64,000 bases of DNA, taken from the NCBI RefSeq assembly GCF_009914755.1, contig NC_060926.1; one strand, given 5' to 3'. Under the pieces are notes generated by a model. The model had not been told where the DNA came from and ran no database searches. It was given only the letters and a program-made list of their open reading frames with translations. The DNA is from the human T2T-CHM13v2.0 reference genome, Homo sapiens. Both the position numbers and the translations under genes were made by a program. Each line of letters starts with the position of its first letter. The stretch's first letter is position 1. This document shows positions 15,133 through 34,745 of the stretch, piece after piece.

Positions 15133-15387
15133 TATATATTAATTTAAAAAAACTTTTTTAAAATATAGTATTTAGAATGATATATAAAGAAGAAAATAGT
15201 AACTTTTAAGTGGCTAAGCAATTTTAATTTTTTAGATGGTAGATATAGTTAGAAAAGTGAACAGAACAAATTAATGAGTCGAATTTTGCCCTTTAGACAA
15301 AATTACGATGATAGCAAGTGTGTGGGTTGCCCCAGGTTCCGTAGCTGCTTATGTCTAAACTTGAATATTCTGGAAAGAAGTTCTAAC

Positions 15388-16094
15388 TGAAACCACCTTT
15401 GCAAAAAGTATAACAATGAGAAAATTATGACAGCGAAAGAGACCTAATCTAACTCCCATCTTGCCTTTAACCTCCAAATTGCCCTTGTTCATTCCTATAC
15501 TTAGGCCAAGCTAACTTTGGGAAAAATTTAGTTTATAGTTTAAATGATAATAGATCTTCCCCAAAACTAAACTGCCTTTATAAAGCTAATGAAAGGCTAC
15601 TAGGTTAGGAGGATAAAAAGGACCTGAATTTTGCTAAGACATAGGCATAAACCATTACCAGCCATTATTCTGGAGGTCACACTATTTGCAATTTCTCCAG
15701 TTCACTATAGTATTGGCCTTTTGAGATGTCTTTTCAGGCTTCTGCATTTCTGACTACTGGAAGACCCCATGCCAACCCTCAATTCTCTGCTCAACCAGTC
15801 CTGTGGACCCACTCAGAAGTGGACTCAGTGCACAAGGACTATTTTCCACACCCCTGTGATTGCATACCCAACCAGTCAGCAGCACCTATTCTCCTAGCCT
15901 CCTGCTCACCAAACGATCCTTGAAAAAGCCTAGACTCCAAATTTTCAAGGAGATTGATTTGAGTAATACTTCCACCTTCTGCTTGGTGTGACTTGCCTCA
16001 TGCCAATTAAAGCCTTTCTTTATTGCAATGCCACACTTTCAGTGAATTGGTTTTGTCTGTGCAGTGAGCAAGAAGAACCTATCAGGTGATTATA
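15388..16094 (+). mobile_element. LTR8A/B-like ERV1 solo LTR
   Basis: TGAAACCACCTTTGCAAAA start, homologous to the element at 12127; degenerate TSD taac/tgac. Confidence 0.75.
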
Positions 16095-17428
16095 TGACTA
16101 CTCAAACTTCCCCATAGCCTAGATATGCTATTGTCTAGGATTAAAAAGAAACAATCATTTGATTCTCAGTTCTCTTTAGAGTTCTGCACCCCCTTTCCCC
16201 CCATCTCCCCGCCAAAGCTCGTCCCATTTAAAATGGAAAGCTATTACTACAGGATAATTACTCCATAACTGCAGCCACCACCAATATCTAACCTCTTCCC
16301 AAGACTCATTACATATAAAAGAATAAAATAAGCATGCCCTCTTACATTTTTTATATAAGCAAATTATGCACTTTCACCTTGATCAACAGGATAATAACAT
16401 GCATAAATCTCCTATTTTGACCCCAAAATTGTCTTTAAATAAGTTTCATGCAACTTTTATGTCTGAGAAGCCATTACATTTTTATTACTGAAGCAGTAAT
16501 AGCCGTTTATTAGATTTTAAAAACCGCCCTACTGACCATTGAAAGCCTTTCCCCTTCCTCAAGAAGCTCTTAAATGAAAAAAAAAAAAAAAAAAAAAAAA
16601 AAAGCCCTTGTCCATCGTGATTACTAGGTATTAGTCACAGGTCATAAATAGCCCTATTTCTTACAGTAGGCTTTTAGGGAATTAAAATAGGACAAAATTA
16701 ATAAACTGCCCTCTGAACTAGTTAAAAGCATCTCATTTAGGTTTATAAATATTCTGGAGATGTAATCAAAAGATTGCCAAAGCCAGTATCATCTGCATTT
16801 TTTTTGGAAACCAATAAATTAATAAAGCTTAATTCTGATTGTGTATTGCCCAAAAAACTGTACCACTAATAACGAATGGGCAAAAATGTTCTTCTGCTGA
16901 GGTTCCCCCCCCTCAGTCTGAATCACACTTAAATATTTATGATTGCTCTTATTATAGTAAAACTACTCTCACATCCAGTTCCAACAGGGTAAAATCTCCA
17001 CTTTAAAGGACTCCTCAGTAATTCTAAAACTTTGTTATACAGACTATCTTAGGAGCTTTTGCAGCTGGAGAACTAAAGACTGAGAATGAAAGCTTATACT
17101 GGGTGCAAGGATCAATAATAATCTCAACTGGAGTTGTTCTAAGGGAAGTCACAAGAAATGGATATTCTACTTCTTTGGCTTCCTAGTCTCAACATCCACG
17201 AAGTCCTTGGGAACGTGGTATAAGTTTCCATTCTTTATTTCTGTCTGTTTTCTGCCATGCTCCTATGACCTGAATGTTTGTGTTCCCCAGAAAATTCATA
17301 TATAGAAGCCTTAACTCCAATTGTGATGATATTTAGAGATGGGGCCTTTGGGAGATAATTAGACTGTAAGGATGGGGCTCTCATGATGAGATAAATGTCC
17401 TTATAAGAAGAGGAAGAGACATGAGATA

Positions 17429-18040
17429 TGGATATACAAGTTAAGAAGAAATTATTTAGGCAGATACTGAGTGTACAGGAGTCCTCGGTAAGGTTTTCCT
17501 TTTAATGAAAAGCAGCCCCAAAATCCTTTTCTTTTCTAACAAAAGGCAGCCTGTAAAATTAAGCTGCAGACAGAGACAAGCAAACTGGAAGCTTGCACGG
17601 GTGAATGCCAGCAGTTGTGCCAATACGAAAAGGCTACCTGGGACTAGGCATGTTCAAAATTGCAGCTCCATGTTCCCTTCTCTTTGCCAGCCATGCATAC
17701 AGTAAGGAGCAGACAAGATGGCACCAGCCAAGTGGAAAGCCCGTTTGTATAGTAAGATTAGGGTGGGGTGACCAGCCTTCCCTGCATGCTATGTAAACGT
17801 CACAATTGGTCCAACCAATCTGTGGGCCCTATGTAACTCAGACGTGGCCTCCTCAAGTCCTGTCTATAAAATCCAGTGCACTCTACCACAGGTGAGAATT
17901 CCCACTTGGGCACCCCTCTCTCACACAAGACAGACAGCTGTTCTCCTTTCTCTTTCTTTTGCCTATTAAACCTCTGCTCCTAAACTCACTCCTTGTGTGT
18001 GTCCATGTCCTTAATTTTCTTGGCATGAGACAACAAACCT
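17429..18040 (+). mobile_element. LTR9-family ERV1 solo LTR (3' end clipped)
   Basis: gttaagaagaaattatttaggcagata...gaaaagcagcccc; TATAAA and ATTAAA present. Confidence 0.8.
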
Positions 18041-18746
18041 CATGTTTCTCTCTGTCTCTCTCTCTCTCCCTCCCTGCCTCCCCACCTCCTCCTTCCCCCT
18101 ATGTGAAAATACAGAAAGAAGGCACCTGTCTGGAAACCAGAAATAGGGCCCTCACCAGACACTGAATCTACCAGCACCTTGATCTTGGACTTCTCGGCCT
18201 CTAGAACTGTAAGAAATAAATGTTTGTTTGTGTAGGGTAGAAGAAAAGCTTCCTCTCTGCCCACTGAAGGTTTGCTGAAAATGAACTGACAAAAGAGAGA
18301 TTGATCAGAGAAAGAGGCACACAAAATTTATTTAACATGCACAGGGGAAAATCACAGGAATGTGATTACCCAATAACCCAATGAGGTTCAGATGCTTATA
18401 TATCCTCCTCCACAGGGGAAGGGGAGATGATGGGTGTAGGAGTAAATGCTTTTCAGGGAAATGAATGAGCCCAAAAAACAATGGCCTGAAACAAAGTTCT
18501 TCTGAGCTCTGAGGAAGGTGATAAAAAGGTGAGGGGTGGAAGTTCTTGTGAATAAATGTCTTATTATGTAGATGAAACCTCCCAAGTAATCTCCAAGAGC
18601 TGCCCTCAGGGGAAAAGATGAAAAGTCTGTTTGTGGTGGCAACTCTCAGTTATGTCTCTTCTCCAGCGGTTACTTAACGAGAGTCCTAGGGAGGAGGTCT
18701 TAAGACAATTGCTTTTCTTTTGGAAACAAGCTTTTTTTTCAGATAA

Positions 18747-19882
<1,136 letters not shown>

Positions 19883-20219
19883 GCATCATATTTTGAGGTA
19901 TCATTTTCTGCACCCAACAGTTGTCTAAGCTACTCAGTTTATGGTATTTCGTTATAGCAGCCCCAACTGACTAAGATAACTATATAGGCCTCTCTGGACA
20001 CCACAGCTGCTATGGCCTGAAAATGAGAAAAGGGTTCGCTTCCTTTTCTCAAATCTCGCAACACTTTATTCATCCAAAGCCTATCACATTATTCTTTGTT
20101 TCATAGTCTTTGTGTACACACAGCTCTTTCCTACTAAGTAATTTCAGGCTATTCGTCCTCCTTTACAAACTTCCTAAAGCCTTGTACAAATTAGTCCCTT
20201 TAAAATATTGGGAGATGTG

Positions 20220-22400
20220 TAGATTTTTAAAAAGAGATTTAAAGACACATTAACTGATTACAATGCACAGAATTTAACTGAATCCTGATCCAGACAAATA
20301 AGTTGTTGAAAAAATTTGTGAGACAATGATGAAAAGTTGAACATTGACTGGGTACTTGACAATATTAAAGAACTGTTAGATGTGATAAGGGCATTGTGGT
20401 TATGCTGCTTAAAAAGTGTTGTGTATGTATGTATGTATGTATGTATATGGAAAAATGATGTGAAGTCTGGAATCTGCTTCAAGATAATTGGGAAAATAGG
20501 TGGGCATATAGGTGAAACAAGGTTGACTATGGATTGAATTGGGTGATGGGTACTTGGTATTGTTGCTTAAAAACCACCCAAACTTAGTAGATTAAAACAT
20601 TTATTTTGCCAAAACATCTGTGATTTGGGCAGGAATTTGCAGGGAGAGCGCCAAACTATTTCACTTGGTGTCAGCTGGGGTAGTTTAAAAGTTAAAACTT
20701 GTAATAATCTGAAGACTCACTAAGTCATATGCCTGCTGGTTGATACTGGCTGTTGGCTGGAACCTTAGCTGGGGATATTGGCCAGAACACCTACATGTAG
20801 CCTGGACTTCCTCACAATATGACAGCTAAGTTCCAAAGGTGGAGAGTGAGAAGGGCAGAAGATGTATTGCCTTTTGTGACCTAGTCTCTTAAGTCATTGC
20901 TTCTAACACAGTCTATTGGTTAGATGTCACTAAAATGCAAAAATAGATATGAACAACAGGAAAAGCTTATGATGTTCTTGGATAGCAAGACACATCACAC
21001 AGATGTTAGTTGTCTCTAAAGTAATAAATTTAGCACAAGCCCAATGAAAATACAATAAAGCATTTTACTGCAGTGAGAAGAACTATTTAAAGTTTACCTG
21101 GAAGAATAAACAAGGAAAAATTGCCAGAACAATTCTAAGGGAGCAATAAAGAGGAAATGGTTTTGCCAAGCATCAAATATATTATAAATCTTTGATAACT
21201 AAAGCAGTTTGGTACAAGTGCATAATTACAGGACAGGCTAATGGAAAACAAAAGAGCATATAGAAATTTAGTGTCAATTAATGGTAACAGCTCAGTTGGT
21301 AGGGAAAAGATGGGCTTTCTAATAAATATTGTTGGGATAACTAGAGAGTCATATGGAAATAATTAAAATTGGATCAATTTCTCCCATCAATGTGAAAAGA
21401 TGCTCCATCTTGCTCATAATAAGAGAAATGCAAATCAAAACTATACTTAAGTACATTTCTCACCTAAGAGGTTGGCAATATCCAAAATGTTTTCTCTAGT
21501 GGTACTCTAATACATTGCTAATATACACCATTTTTCCATAGAGGGGAATTTGGTAATATCTAGCAAACCTGAGAATGCATTTACCTTTTGAGCAAGAAAT
21601 CCTGCTTCTAGGAATCTCCCAAAGCTATACTGGTAAAAATACAAACAGCACAAAGCTATTCATTGCAGCACCATCTGTAATAGCAAAAGACTGGAAATAA
21701 TTCAAATGCCTATCAAGAGGGGAAAAGTTGAATACACTGTGGAATATCTGCACAGTGAAGTAATATGTTGCTATAAAAAACAATAAGCTCTCTATATACT
21801 ATTACGGCATTATCTCCAGGATATATGTTAGTGACAAAAGCAGGATGAATAAAATTGTATACATGACTTTTCTGCTTATCAAAAGAAGGGTTTTGAAAAT
21901 ATATGCTTATGTTTAAAGTAAATAAAAGAATAAACTATGAACAGGCTTCCTTTGGAAGAGGGAGAAATAGGATGAGGAGGATAGAAGACAGAAGCTACAT
22001 TTCTTTGAATATACTTTTTCCTGTAAATTTGACTTTGAAACCATGTAAATATTTCCCACAATCATAAAGCAAAAATAAAATTTTAAATTCCTAAAAGACA
22101 AAAATGAAACACAATCCTGTGCATACAAATGACTTTAAAACACAGCAATCTGAGTGTACACCCCTAGTGAGCTATACTTATATGACAAAAAAAAAAAAAA
22201 AGGTTGTTTAGGGGAAATAAGAATTAGAAACTATTTAATGATTGAAGGCTGGGTAGAAGCTGTTATTCCGAGACCATTGTGTGTGAGTCTTGTATGAAAC
22301 AAATGAGTAATTGTTAGTGTCATTGAGAAGTAGCATTTTCATCATAAAAGACAGGAAATACACAGATATAAGATCCATGAAGTTGAATAAAAAATTTACA
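20220..22400 (+). mobile_element. Old L1M (MC/ME-type) fragments with an antisense MLT1 at ~20560-20930
   Basis: Degenerate L1 ORF2 3' text (gagaaatgcaaatcaaaac..., cattgcagcaccatctgtaatagcaaaagactgg); boundaries approximate. Confidence 0.6.
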
Positions 22401-22405
22401 GTACT

Positions 22406-22729
<324 letters not shown>

Positions 22730-22755
22730 TTATAAACAGAATGAATATACACAGA

Positions 22756-23090
22756 CAGCCACGCATCACTTAACAATAAAATACATTCTGAGAAATGTGT
22801 CTTAGGCAATTTCAGTCATTGCGTGAATGTCATAAAGTGTACTTAAACAAACATAGATGGTATAGCCAGCCTACTACACATCTAAGCTGTATGGTGTAGT
22901 CTATGGCTTGTAGGCTACAAACCTGTACAGGATGTTACTGTACTGAATACTGTAGGCAATTATAATACAAGAGTAAGTATTTGTATATATAAACATACAA
23001 AAAGTACAGTAAAAGTACAGTACTATCTTATGGGACCACCATTATATATGCAGTTTGTCGAACAAAACATCGTTATGTGATGCAGGACTG
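22756..23090 (-). mobile_element. Tigger3a-like DNA transposon
   Basis: CAG...CTG termini; inverted homology to 42689-43579. Confidence 0.75.
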
Positions 23091-23399
23091 TATTTCTTAG
23101 CTCTGTCCACTAAGTGATTAATGATCAAACCAGTAGAAATGAGCTCCCCAATGCATGTCATGTGTATTACAGTCCATATAATAACATTTCTGAAAAAGCA
23201 AACAAAATTCTTTGCAAAAATAGGTCTGATTCCAGGTCTGAGGAGGGAAATGTACAACATAAACCTGAACTATCTTATTACCAGAACGCAAGAAAGCTAA
23301 CAAAGAATACTTAAACACTAATTAAAGATAGGACAATCAATATCAATAAGAGTAATTAACTGCAATAGATTAGAAAACATCAAAAATCTATGATTATAT

Positions 23400-24053
23400 T
23401 AATGCTGGTTGTGAAGAAAAAAACACTTATATACTGTTGGTGGGAGTGTAAATTAGTTCAACCATTGTGGAAGACAGTGTGGCGATTCCTTACAGATCTA
23501 AAGACAGAAATACCATTCGACCCAGCAATCTCATCACTGGGTATATACCCAAAGGAATATAAATCATTCTAGTATAAAGACACATGCACACATATGTTCA
23601 TTGCAGCATTATTCACAATAGCAATGACATGGAACCAACCTAAATGCCCATCAATGATGACTGGATGGAGAAAATGTGGAATATATACACCGTGCAATAC
23701 TATGCAGCCATAAAAAGAATGAGATCATGTCCTTTGCAGGGACACAGATGAAGCTGGAGGCCATTACCCTTAGCAAACTAATGCAGGAATAGAAAACCTA
23801 ATAGCACATTTTCTCACTTGTAAGTGGAAACTAAATGATGAGAACACATGGACACATTGAGGGGAACAGCACACACCGTGGCCTATTGGAGGAAGGAGGG
23901 TGGGAGAAGGGAGAGGATCAGGAAAAGTAACTAATGGGTACTAGACTTAATACCTGGGTGGATGAAATAATCTGCATAACAAACTCCCATGACACAAGTT
24001 TACCTATGTAACAAACCTGCGCATGTACCCCTGAACTTAAAAGTTAACAAAAA
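23400..24053 (+). mobile_element. L1PA13-16-type 3' end
   Basis: ORF2 end plus 3' UTR ...gagaggatcaggaaaagtaactaatgggtac...ctgaacttaaaagtt. Confidence 0.8.
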
Positions 24054-24453
24054 GCCTATCGACCATCTTTAAAGGATATTAGAGAACTAATTCATTATTC
24101 TGAAAACTGGCAAATAAAGGAAAATAACTATTTTTTCTATACAAACCAGATCTCAGAGTAACCAAATTATCAAGGGAAGTTCTTCTGTTCAAATTATCAC
24201 AGCTAGTATGTAAAGAAAACTATAACGAATTAATAGATCCAGCTAGTGATCACCAATTGCTGCTAATATCACTAGGAGAGATGAAGTAACCAACATCTAT
24301 GAAACAGTATGCAAGACAGAAAGTGTATGAGTATTGAATCTGAATCCGAGGAAGCCTCTACATCTAGGACTGGTTTCATAGGTGTAATCTATTCAGTTTC
24401 ACAGGGCTCTGAGCTCAGAAGGGTCCCATTTTATGTTCTGCTGCCCTGTTTGG

Positions 24454-24745
24454 ACCAGCCAAGGTGGCTCACACCTGCAATCCCAGTACTTTGGGAGGCC
24501 AAGGTGGGAGGATCACTTGAGGCCAGGAGTTTGAGACCATCCTGAGCAACATAGCGAGACCCTGTATCTACAAAAAATACAAAAATCAGCCAGGCATGCT
24601 GGTGCATGCCTGTAGTCCTAGCTACTTGGGAGGCTGAGGCAGGAGGATCCCTTGAGCCCAAGAGCTCATGAGTGCAGTGAGCTATGATTATACCCCTGCA
24701 CTCCAGCCTGAGTGACAGAACAAGACCCTGTGTGAAAGAAAAAGA
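24454..24745 (+). mobile_element. AluJ
   Basis: ggaggatcacttgaggccagg and gaggatcccttgagccc J diagnostics. Confidence 0.9.
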
Positions 24746-24746
24746 A

Positions 24747-25097
24747 TTAGTTCGTTTTTACACTGCTGTAAAGAACTACCTGAGACTGGGTAATTTATAA
24801 AGAAAAGAGGTTTAATTGACTCACAGTTCCACATGGCTGGGGAGGCCTCAGGAAAGTTACAATCATGGTGGAAGGCAAGGAGAGGCAAGCATCTTCTTCA
24901 CAAGGTGGCAGGAGAGAGCGAGCACGAGTGGGGAAGTCCCACATTTATTTAAACCATCAGAGCTTGCAAGAACTTATGAGAACAGCATGGGGAATATCTG
25001 CTCCCACGATCCAATCACCTTCCACCAGGTCCCTCCCACAACATGTGGGGATTACAATTTGAGATGAAATTTGAGTGGGGATACAGAGCCAAACCAA
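24747..25097 (-). mobile_element. THE1/MSTA-type MaLR LTR
   Basis: gagactgggtaatttataaagaaaagaggtttaattgactcacagttcc...acagagccaaacca. Confidence 0.85.
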
Positions 25098-25288
25098 TGG
25101 AAGGAGGGAGAGAGGAAGAAAGGAAGGGAGGGAGGGAGTGAGGAGGGAGGGGGGGGAGTGAGGGAAGGGGGGAGTGAGGGAGGGAGGGAGTGAGGGGAGG
25201 GCAAGAAAGAAAGGAAGGGAGAGAGAAAGAGCAAGAAAGAAAAAAAAAGGAAAGAGAAGAAGAGGGGAAGGGAGGGGAGGAAGGGAAA
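25098..25288 (+). repeat. GA-rich polypurine tract (~190 bp)
   Basis: Almost only G/A: GGGA, GGAA and GAAA units. Confidence 0.9.
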
Positions 25289-25383
25289 TTTGAACAACAG
25301 GTCCAACATTTTCATTTTGCACTGGGCCCAAAGTATGTTGCATTCATGTCTACATCTGACTACTAATTTACAGGAAGTAAGTG

Positions 25384-25896
25384 TTGTAGTTTAAAGAGCT
25401 GTCCACAAATTCTTTGATACTCCTTCCTGCCAAAAGCAAAGCCTAGTTCCTCTCTCCTTAAGTATGGGCTGTACTTTGTGATTTGCTTGAAATGAATTGA
25501 ACAGATTAGAAATGATGGTGTGTGACTTCCAAGAATAGATTATAAGACACTGTGGCATCCACCTTGCTCTAAGGTCACTTGCACTGGAGTAAGCGAGCTG
25601 ACATGAGAGGAGCCTCAAGCAGTTGTATGGAGAGGTGCATGTGGTGAGGGACCAAGGCCTCCAGCCAACAGCCATGTGAGTGAGCCATCTTGGAGTGGCT
25701 CCTTCTGCCCTGATCAAGCTTTTAGATCACTGCAGCCCCAGCTTACAGTTTGAATGCAACCTCATGACAGACCCTGAGTGATAACCACTCGGCCAAGCCA
25801 CTTTTGAATTTCACACAGCAATTGTGAGGTAATGTTAATTATTGTTTTAAGTTGCTACGTTTTGAGGAAATTCATTACACAGGAATATATAATACA
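25384..25896 (+). mobile_element. MLT1F/G-type MaLR LTR
   Basis: ccacaaattctttgatactcc...ccaacagccatgtgagtgagccatcttgg...taataca. Confidence 0.75.
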
Positions 25897-25952
25897 AGAA
25901 GAAACAAGGAACATGCTCAATTACAGTGTGGGACTACAATCACCAAAATCCA

Positions 25953-26424
<472 letters not shown>

Positions 26425-27949
26425 TTATGAAGTTATTGCTGATCTTTTAGGGAGGTGGGGATGATGATAGCACCATAGTTATGTTTTAAAAGGGAAGTCC
26501 GTGACTTCTAGAGATACACACTAAAATATTTAAAGATAACATGTCTAGAATTTTCTTCAAAATGTCTCTGGAAGGGAGAGAATTGGTGGGAAAAAGGAAA
26601 TAAGATTAACCATGAGTTGATCACTATTGAAGCTGAGTGATGAGAACATAGTTCATTTCATAATTCTCCACAGTAAATATTTTTTAAAAAGGAAACTATA
26701 ATGAATTAATAGATTTAGCTAGTTATCACCAACTGCTGCTAACATCACTAGGAGGGATGAAGTACCCAACATCTATAAAGCACTACTTCAAGAAAAAAAG
26801 TGTATGAGTATCAAATATGAACCTGATCAAGCGTCTACATCCAGGGCTGGTTACATCAACATACATAAACAAATACCACACAACATTTAAGAGTGGGCTT
26901 AACAAAACTAATTACAAACAAGATGAAGACTATAAGGGTTTGAATGTTTTATTATCTAATATAATTAAAAGTAAATAATGATTTTTAAGTGTCAAAACCA
27001 AACTCCAGACTCCACATTACTAATTACTCCATCTACTCAAGGAAATACTCTGAATTGGAATTGGTATTTTTGGCACATATTATTTGACCCGGTAATCCAT
27101 AATAACCTCAGAAGTATTATGCCTTCTTTTTAATTGTTCAATTCAAATCATAATCATATTTAGTCACCAGATGGACTTTCTTCTTCACCTATTCCATCAT
27201 GTTAGAAAAACAGTGTAAATTAGCACCTTATAATGACTCATGATAGACTTTTACCATCCACATAGGAAAGCAGTGAGGAGAAGGTTACCCTAACCATTCA
27301 ATGGTAAAAGAGACATAAACAGATGCTATTCACAAGTCTCAGTGTGCCAGTGGCAATTACCACCTGTTCTACTCCATCGATTAAGAGCTACGCATGAACA
27401 AGAAGCCAAGAGACAGAAAAATCATGCAGACACAAATCTTTACTGCAACAATTGCATTTTAAATTCCTTCATTAAAAATACACACCACACATAGTTATAA
27501 TAGAGTAATACAAAGGACAGGCAATTACATGACTACCCTGAGCTGAGATCAGATTGGGGCAAGTTCACAAAGGTCTCACCTCCGTTCTCTTCTTTCCTTT
27601 ACCAATAGGAGGGAGAGACTGCTCTATGCAGATGTCTTAGGAAAATAATCAACTGGAGATGCCTCATTATTTCTCATTCTTTCCAATTCAGAATTTGTCA
27701 TAACTCTTGGCTTGAGCTTGGCTGCAGGTATCACTAACATGATAAAAAGGTGGATTGATCAGCAATACAAAATTGTAAACGTGGTTTAACTATGAAAAAA
27801 AAAATTCTCCGTCAAACTTGCATACAGATTTTTTTTAAATGAGAAAAAAATATTCTAACACATAAGTTAACATTAATAATGGGTCTGGATAAGACTGTAG
27901 TTCCATCTCTCTTCCTCCCTTATTTTTTTCTGAATTTTAAAATATATAT

Positions 27950-28629
27950 ATCTTCTTTGTTTTTTCTTTTTTAATCTTAGCTTACTGCAGCCTCAAACTC
28001 CTGGGCTCAAGGGATCCTCCTGCCCCAGCCTCCCAAGCAGCTAGGACTCCAGATGTGTGCCACCATGCCTAATTTTTTTTCATTTTTTTGTAGAGTCAGT
28101 GTATTAGGCCACTTTTGTGCTGCTATAAAGAAATACCTGAGGCTGGGTAATTTATAAAGAAATGAGGTTTAATCGTCTTAAGGTTCTGCAGGCCTTAAGA
28201 AAGCATAGTTCTGGCATCTGCCTCTGATGAGGCCTCAAGAAGTTGACAACATGGCAGAAAGTAACAAAGAGCCAGTCTGTCACATGACAAAAGTGAGAGC
28301 AAGACAGAGGTTGGGAGTGCCACACACTCTTAAAGAACCAGATCTCCAGTGAACTAACTAAGCGAGAACTCACTTAACACTGAGGGAATGGTACTGAACC
28401 ATTCATGAGGGATCTGCCCCCATGATCCAATCACCTCCCACCAGGCCCTACCTCCAACACTGAGAATCACATTTCGACCTGAGATTTGGAGGGGACAAAC
28501 ATCCAAACCGTATCAGACTGGGTTTCACTATGTTGCCCAGGGTGGTCTTGAACTCCTGACCTCAAGTAATTCTCCTACCTCCGCCTCCCAAAGTGCTGGG
28601 ATTACAGGCGTGAGCCACTGTACCTGGCT
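27950..28629 (-). mobile_element. AluJ split by an MST LTR
   Basis: Right-arm sequence at ~27950-28099 resumes as the left arm at 28516-28629. Confidence 0.85.
28100..28515 (-). mobile_element. MSTA/B MaLR solo LTR
   Basis: TGTATTAGG...CCGTATCA termini; degenerate 5-bp TSD gtcag/gactg. Confidence 0.85.
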
Positions 28630-29290
28630 TATTGTTTCTTGAATATCATATATTTCCTTTTAAATGAAACACTTAAAATGAGCTATTATTGTTATCCCTA
28701 TATGAGAATTTAAAAAAAAAATTTATCAGCACAGTGGCAGGTTAATAAATGTCCTTTATTTAAAATTTAAATACATTACATTCACTAAAACAACTGCAGA
28801 AGAAATGTACTTAAAATTCGTGCCTAAGTTATTTCAAAGTATTTTTCCATAAAAAATATAATTCAGACTGGCCTCCTCTCAATATGATTCACGTGTTGTT
28901 GCAAATAGGGGCTATACATTTTCTACCAATGTGACAGAAATAGTAAGCAGAATCAGTTCCTTATCTCACAAAAACTATAGAATTGTATTGAACAAAAAAG
29001 AGGTTACTTACTGTAAGGTATTATGTTTCAATGACCATTTGTCACTTAACAACAATAATAAATACAAATGAAAATAAACAGACAATTGAGCCTTAAAGAG
29101 AAAAATGAGAGAAAGCAAAACAAGAAAACTGAACTGCTGCACACAGGAATATTAAATTGTTCTTAAACGGCTTGTAAAGCAATTCAGGAAGGATAAAGGT
29201 GGGGAGGGGGGAATGTGTGTTTATAACACTCTCATGTTATTCTGTAAGCTGTCAAATATGAGCCATCTTTACCTGAAGTCATGAACAGTG

Positions 29291-33940
<4,650 letters not shown>

Positions 33941-33980
33941 TAGAAAGATCGTTTAAAAAAAAAAAAAAAAAAAAAGAGCA

Positions 33981-34271
33981 GGCCGGGCGTGGTGGCTCAC
34001 ACCTGTAATCCCAGCACTTTGGGAGGCCGAGGCGGGCCGATCACCTGAGGTCAGGAGTTTGAGACCAGCCTGATCAACATGGAGAAACCTCTTCTCTACT
34101 AAAAATACAAAATTAGGCGGGCGTGGTGGCGCATGCCTGTAATCCTGGCTACTCAGGAAAATTGCTTTATAACACGGGAGGTGGAAGCTGCGGTGAGCCG
34201 AGAGCGCGCCATTGCACTCCAGCCTGGGCAATGACCGAAACGCCATCTCAAAAAAAAAAAAAAAAAAAAAA
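33981..34271 (+). mobile_element. AluSp/Sq-like
   Basis: caacatggagaaacc and gcgccattgcactcc; small internal deletion in the right arm. Confidence 0.9.
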
Positions 34272-34745
34272 GTGAAATAATTACATCTGCGGCAACCTGG
34301 ATGGAATTGGAGACCATTATTCTAAGTGAAGTAACTGAGAAATGGAAAATCAAACATCGTATGTTCTCGGTCATGAGTGGGAGCTAAGCCATGAGGATGC
34401 AAAGGCGTAAGAATAATACAGGGGATTTTGGGGACTCAGGGAAAGGGTGAGAGGAGGGTGAGGGATAAAAGACTACACATTGGCAACTGCTGCTAATCAA
34501 AGTGTAGATTCCAGGCAACTTGAGTCTTTGCTCCCAGGTTATAATCCTTAAACTTGACCCAAATAAACTGTCTACTTATTAAAAAAAAAAAAAAAAAGAC
34601 TACATATTGGGTACAGTATACACTGCTTGGGTGATGGGTGCACCAAAATCTCACACATCACCACTAAAGAACTTACTCATGTAACCAAATGCTACCTGTT
34701 CCCCAGCAACCTATAGAAATAGATAAAAATTAAAAAAAAAAATTA
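34272..34745 (+). mobile_element. L1PB-type 3' end containing a short retroposed insert
   Basis: cctggatggaattggagaccattattctaagtgaagtaact...caccactaaagaacttactcatgtaacc. Confidence 0.8.
34484..34597 (+). mobile_element. Short polyadenylated retrocopy (97 nt + A17), probably an ERV1 LTR U3-R end
   Basis: 17-bp TSD with 1 mismatch; AATAAA at 34562-34567; poly(A) at 34581-34597. Confidence 0.8.

Noticed and set aside
12127-16094. Two same-strand LTR8-like LTRs as ends of a provirus
   Set aside because: They differ substantially, and the intervening DNA is L1M, LTR9, MER58, MLT1 and Alu rather than ERV internal sequence.
17646-17655. p53 half-site AGGCATGTTC in LTR9
   Set aside because: Only one clean half-site, with no properly spaced second decamer.
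24957-25343. Pro/Ser/Leu-rich ORFs
   Set aside because: Translation of the GA-rich simple repeat and a THE1/MST LTR.
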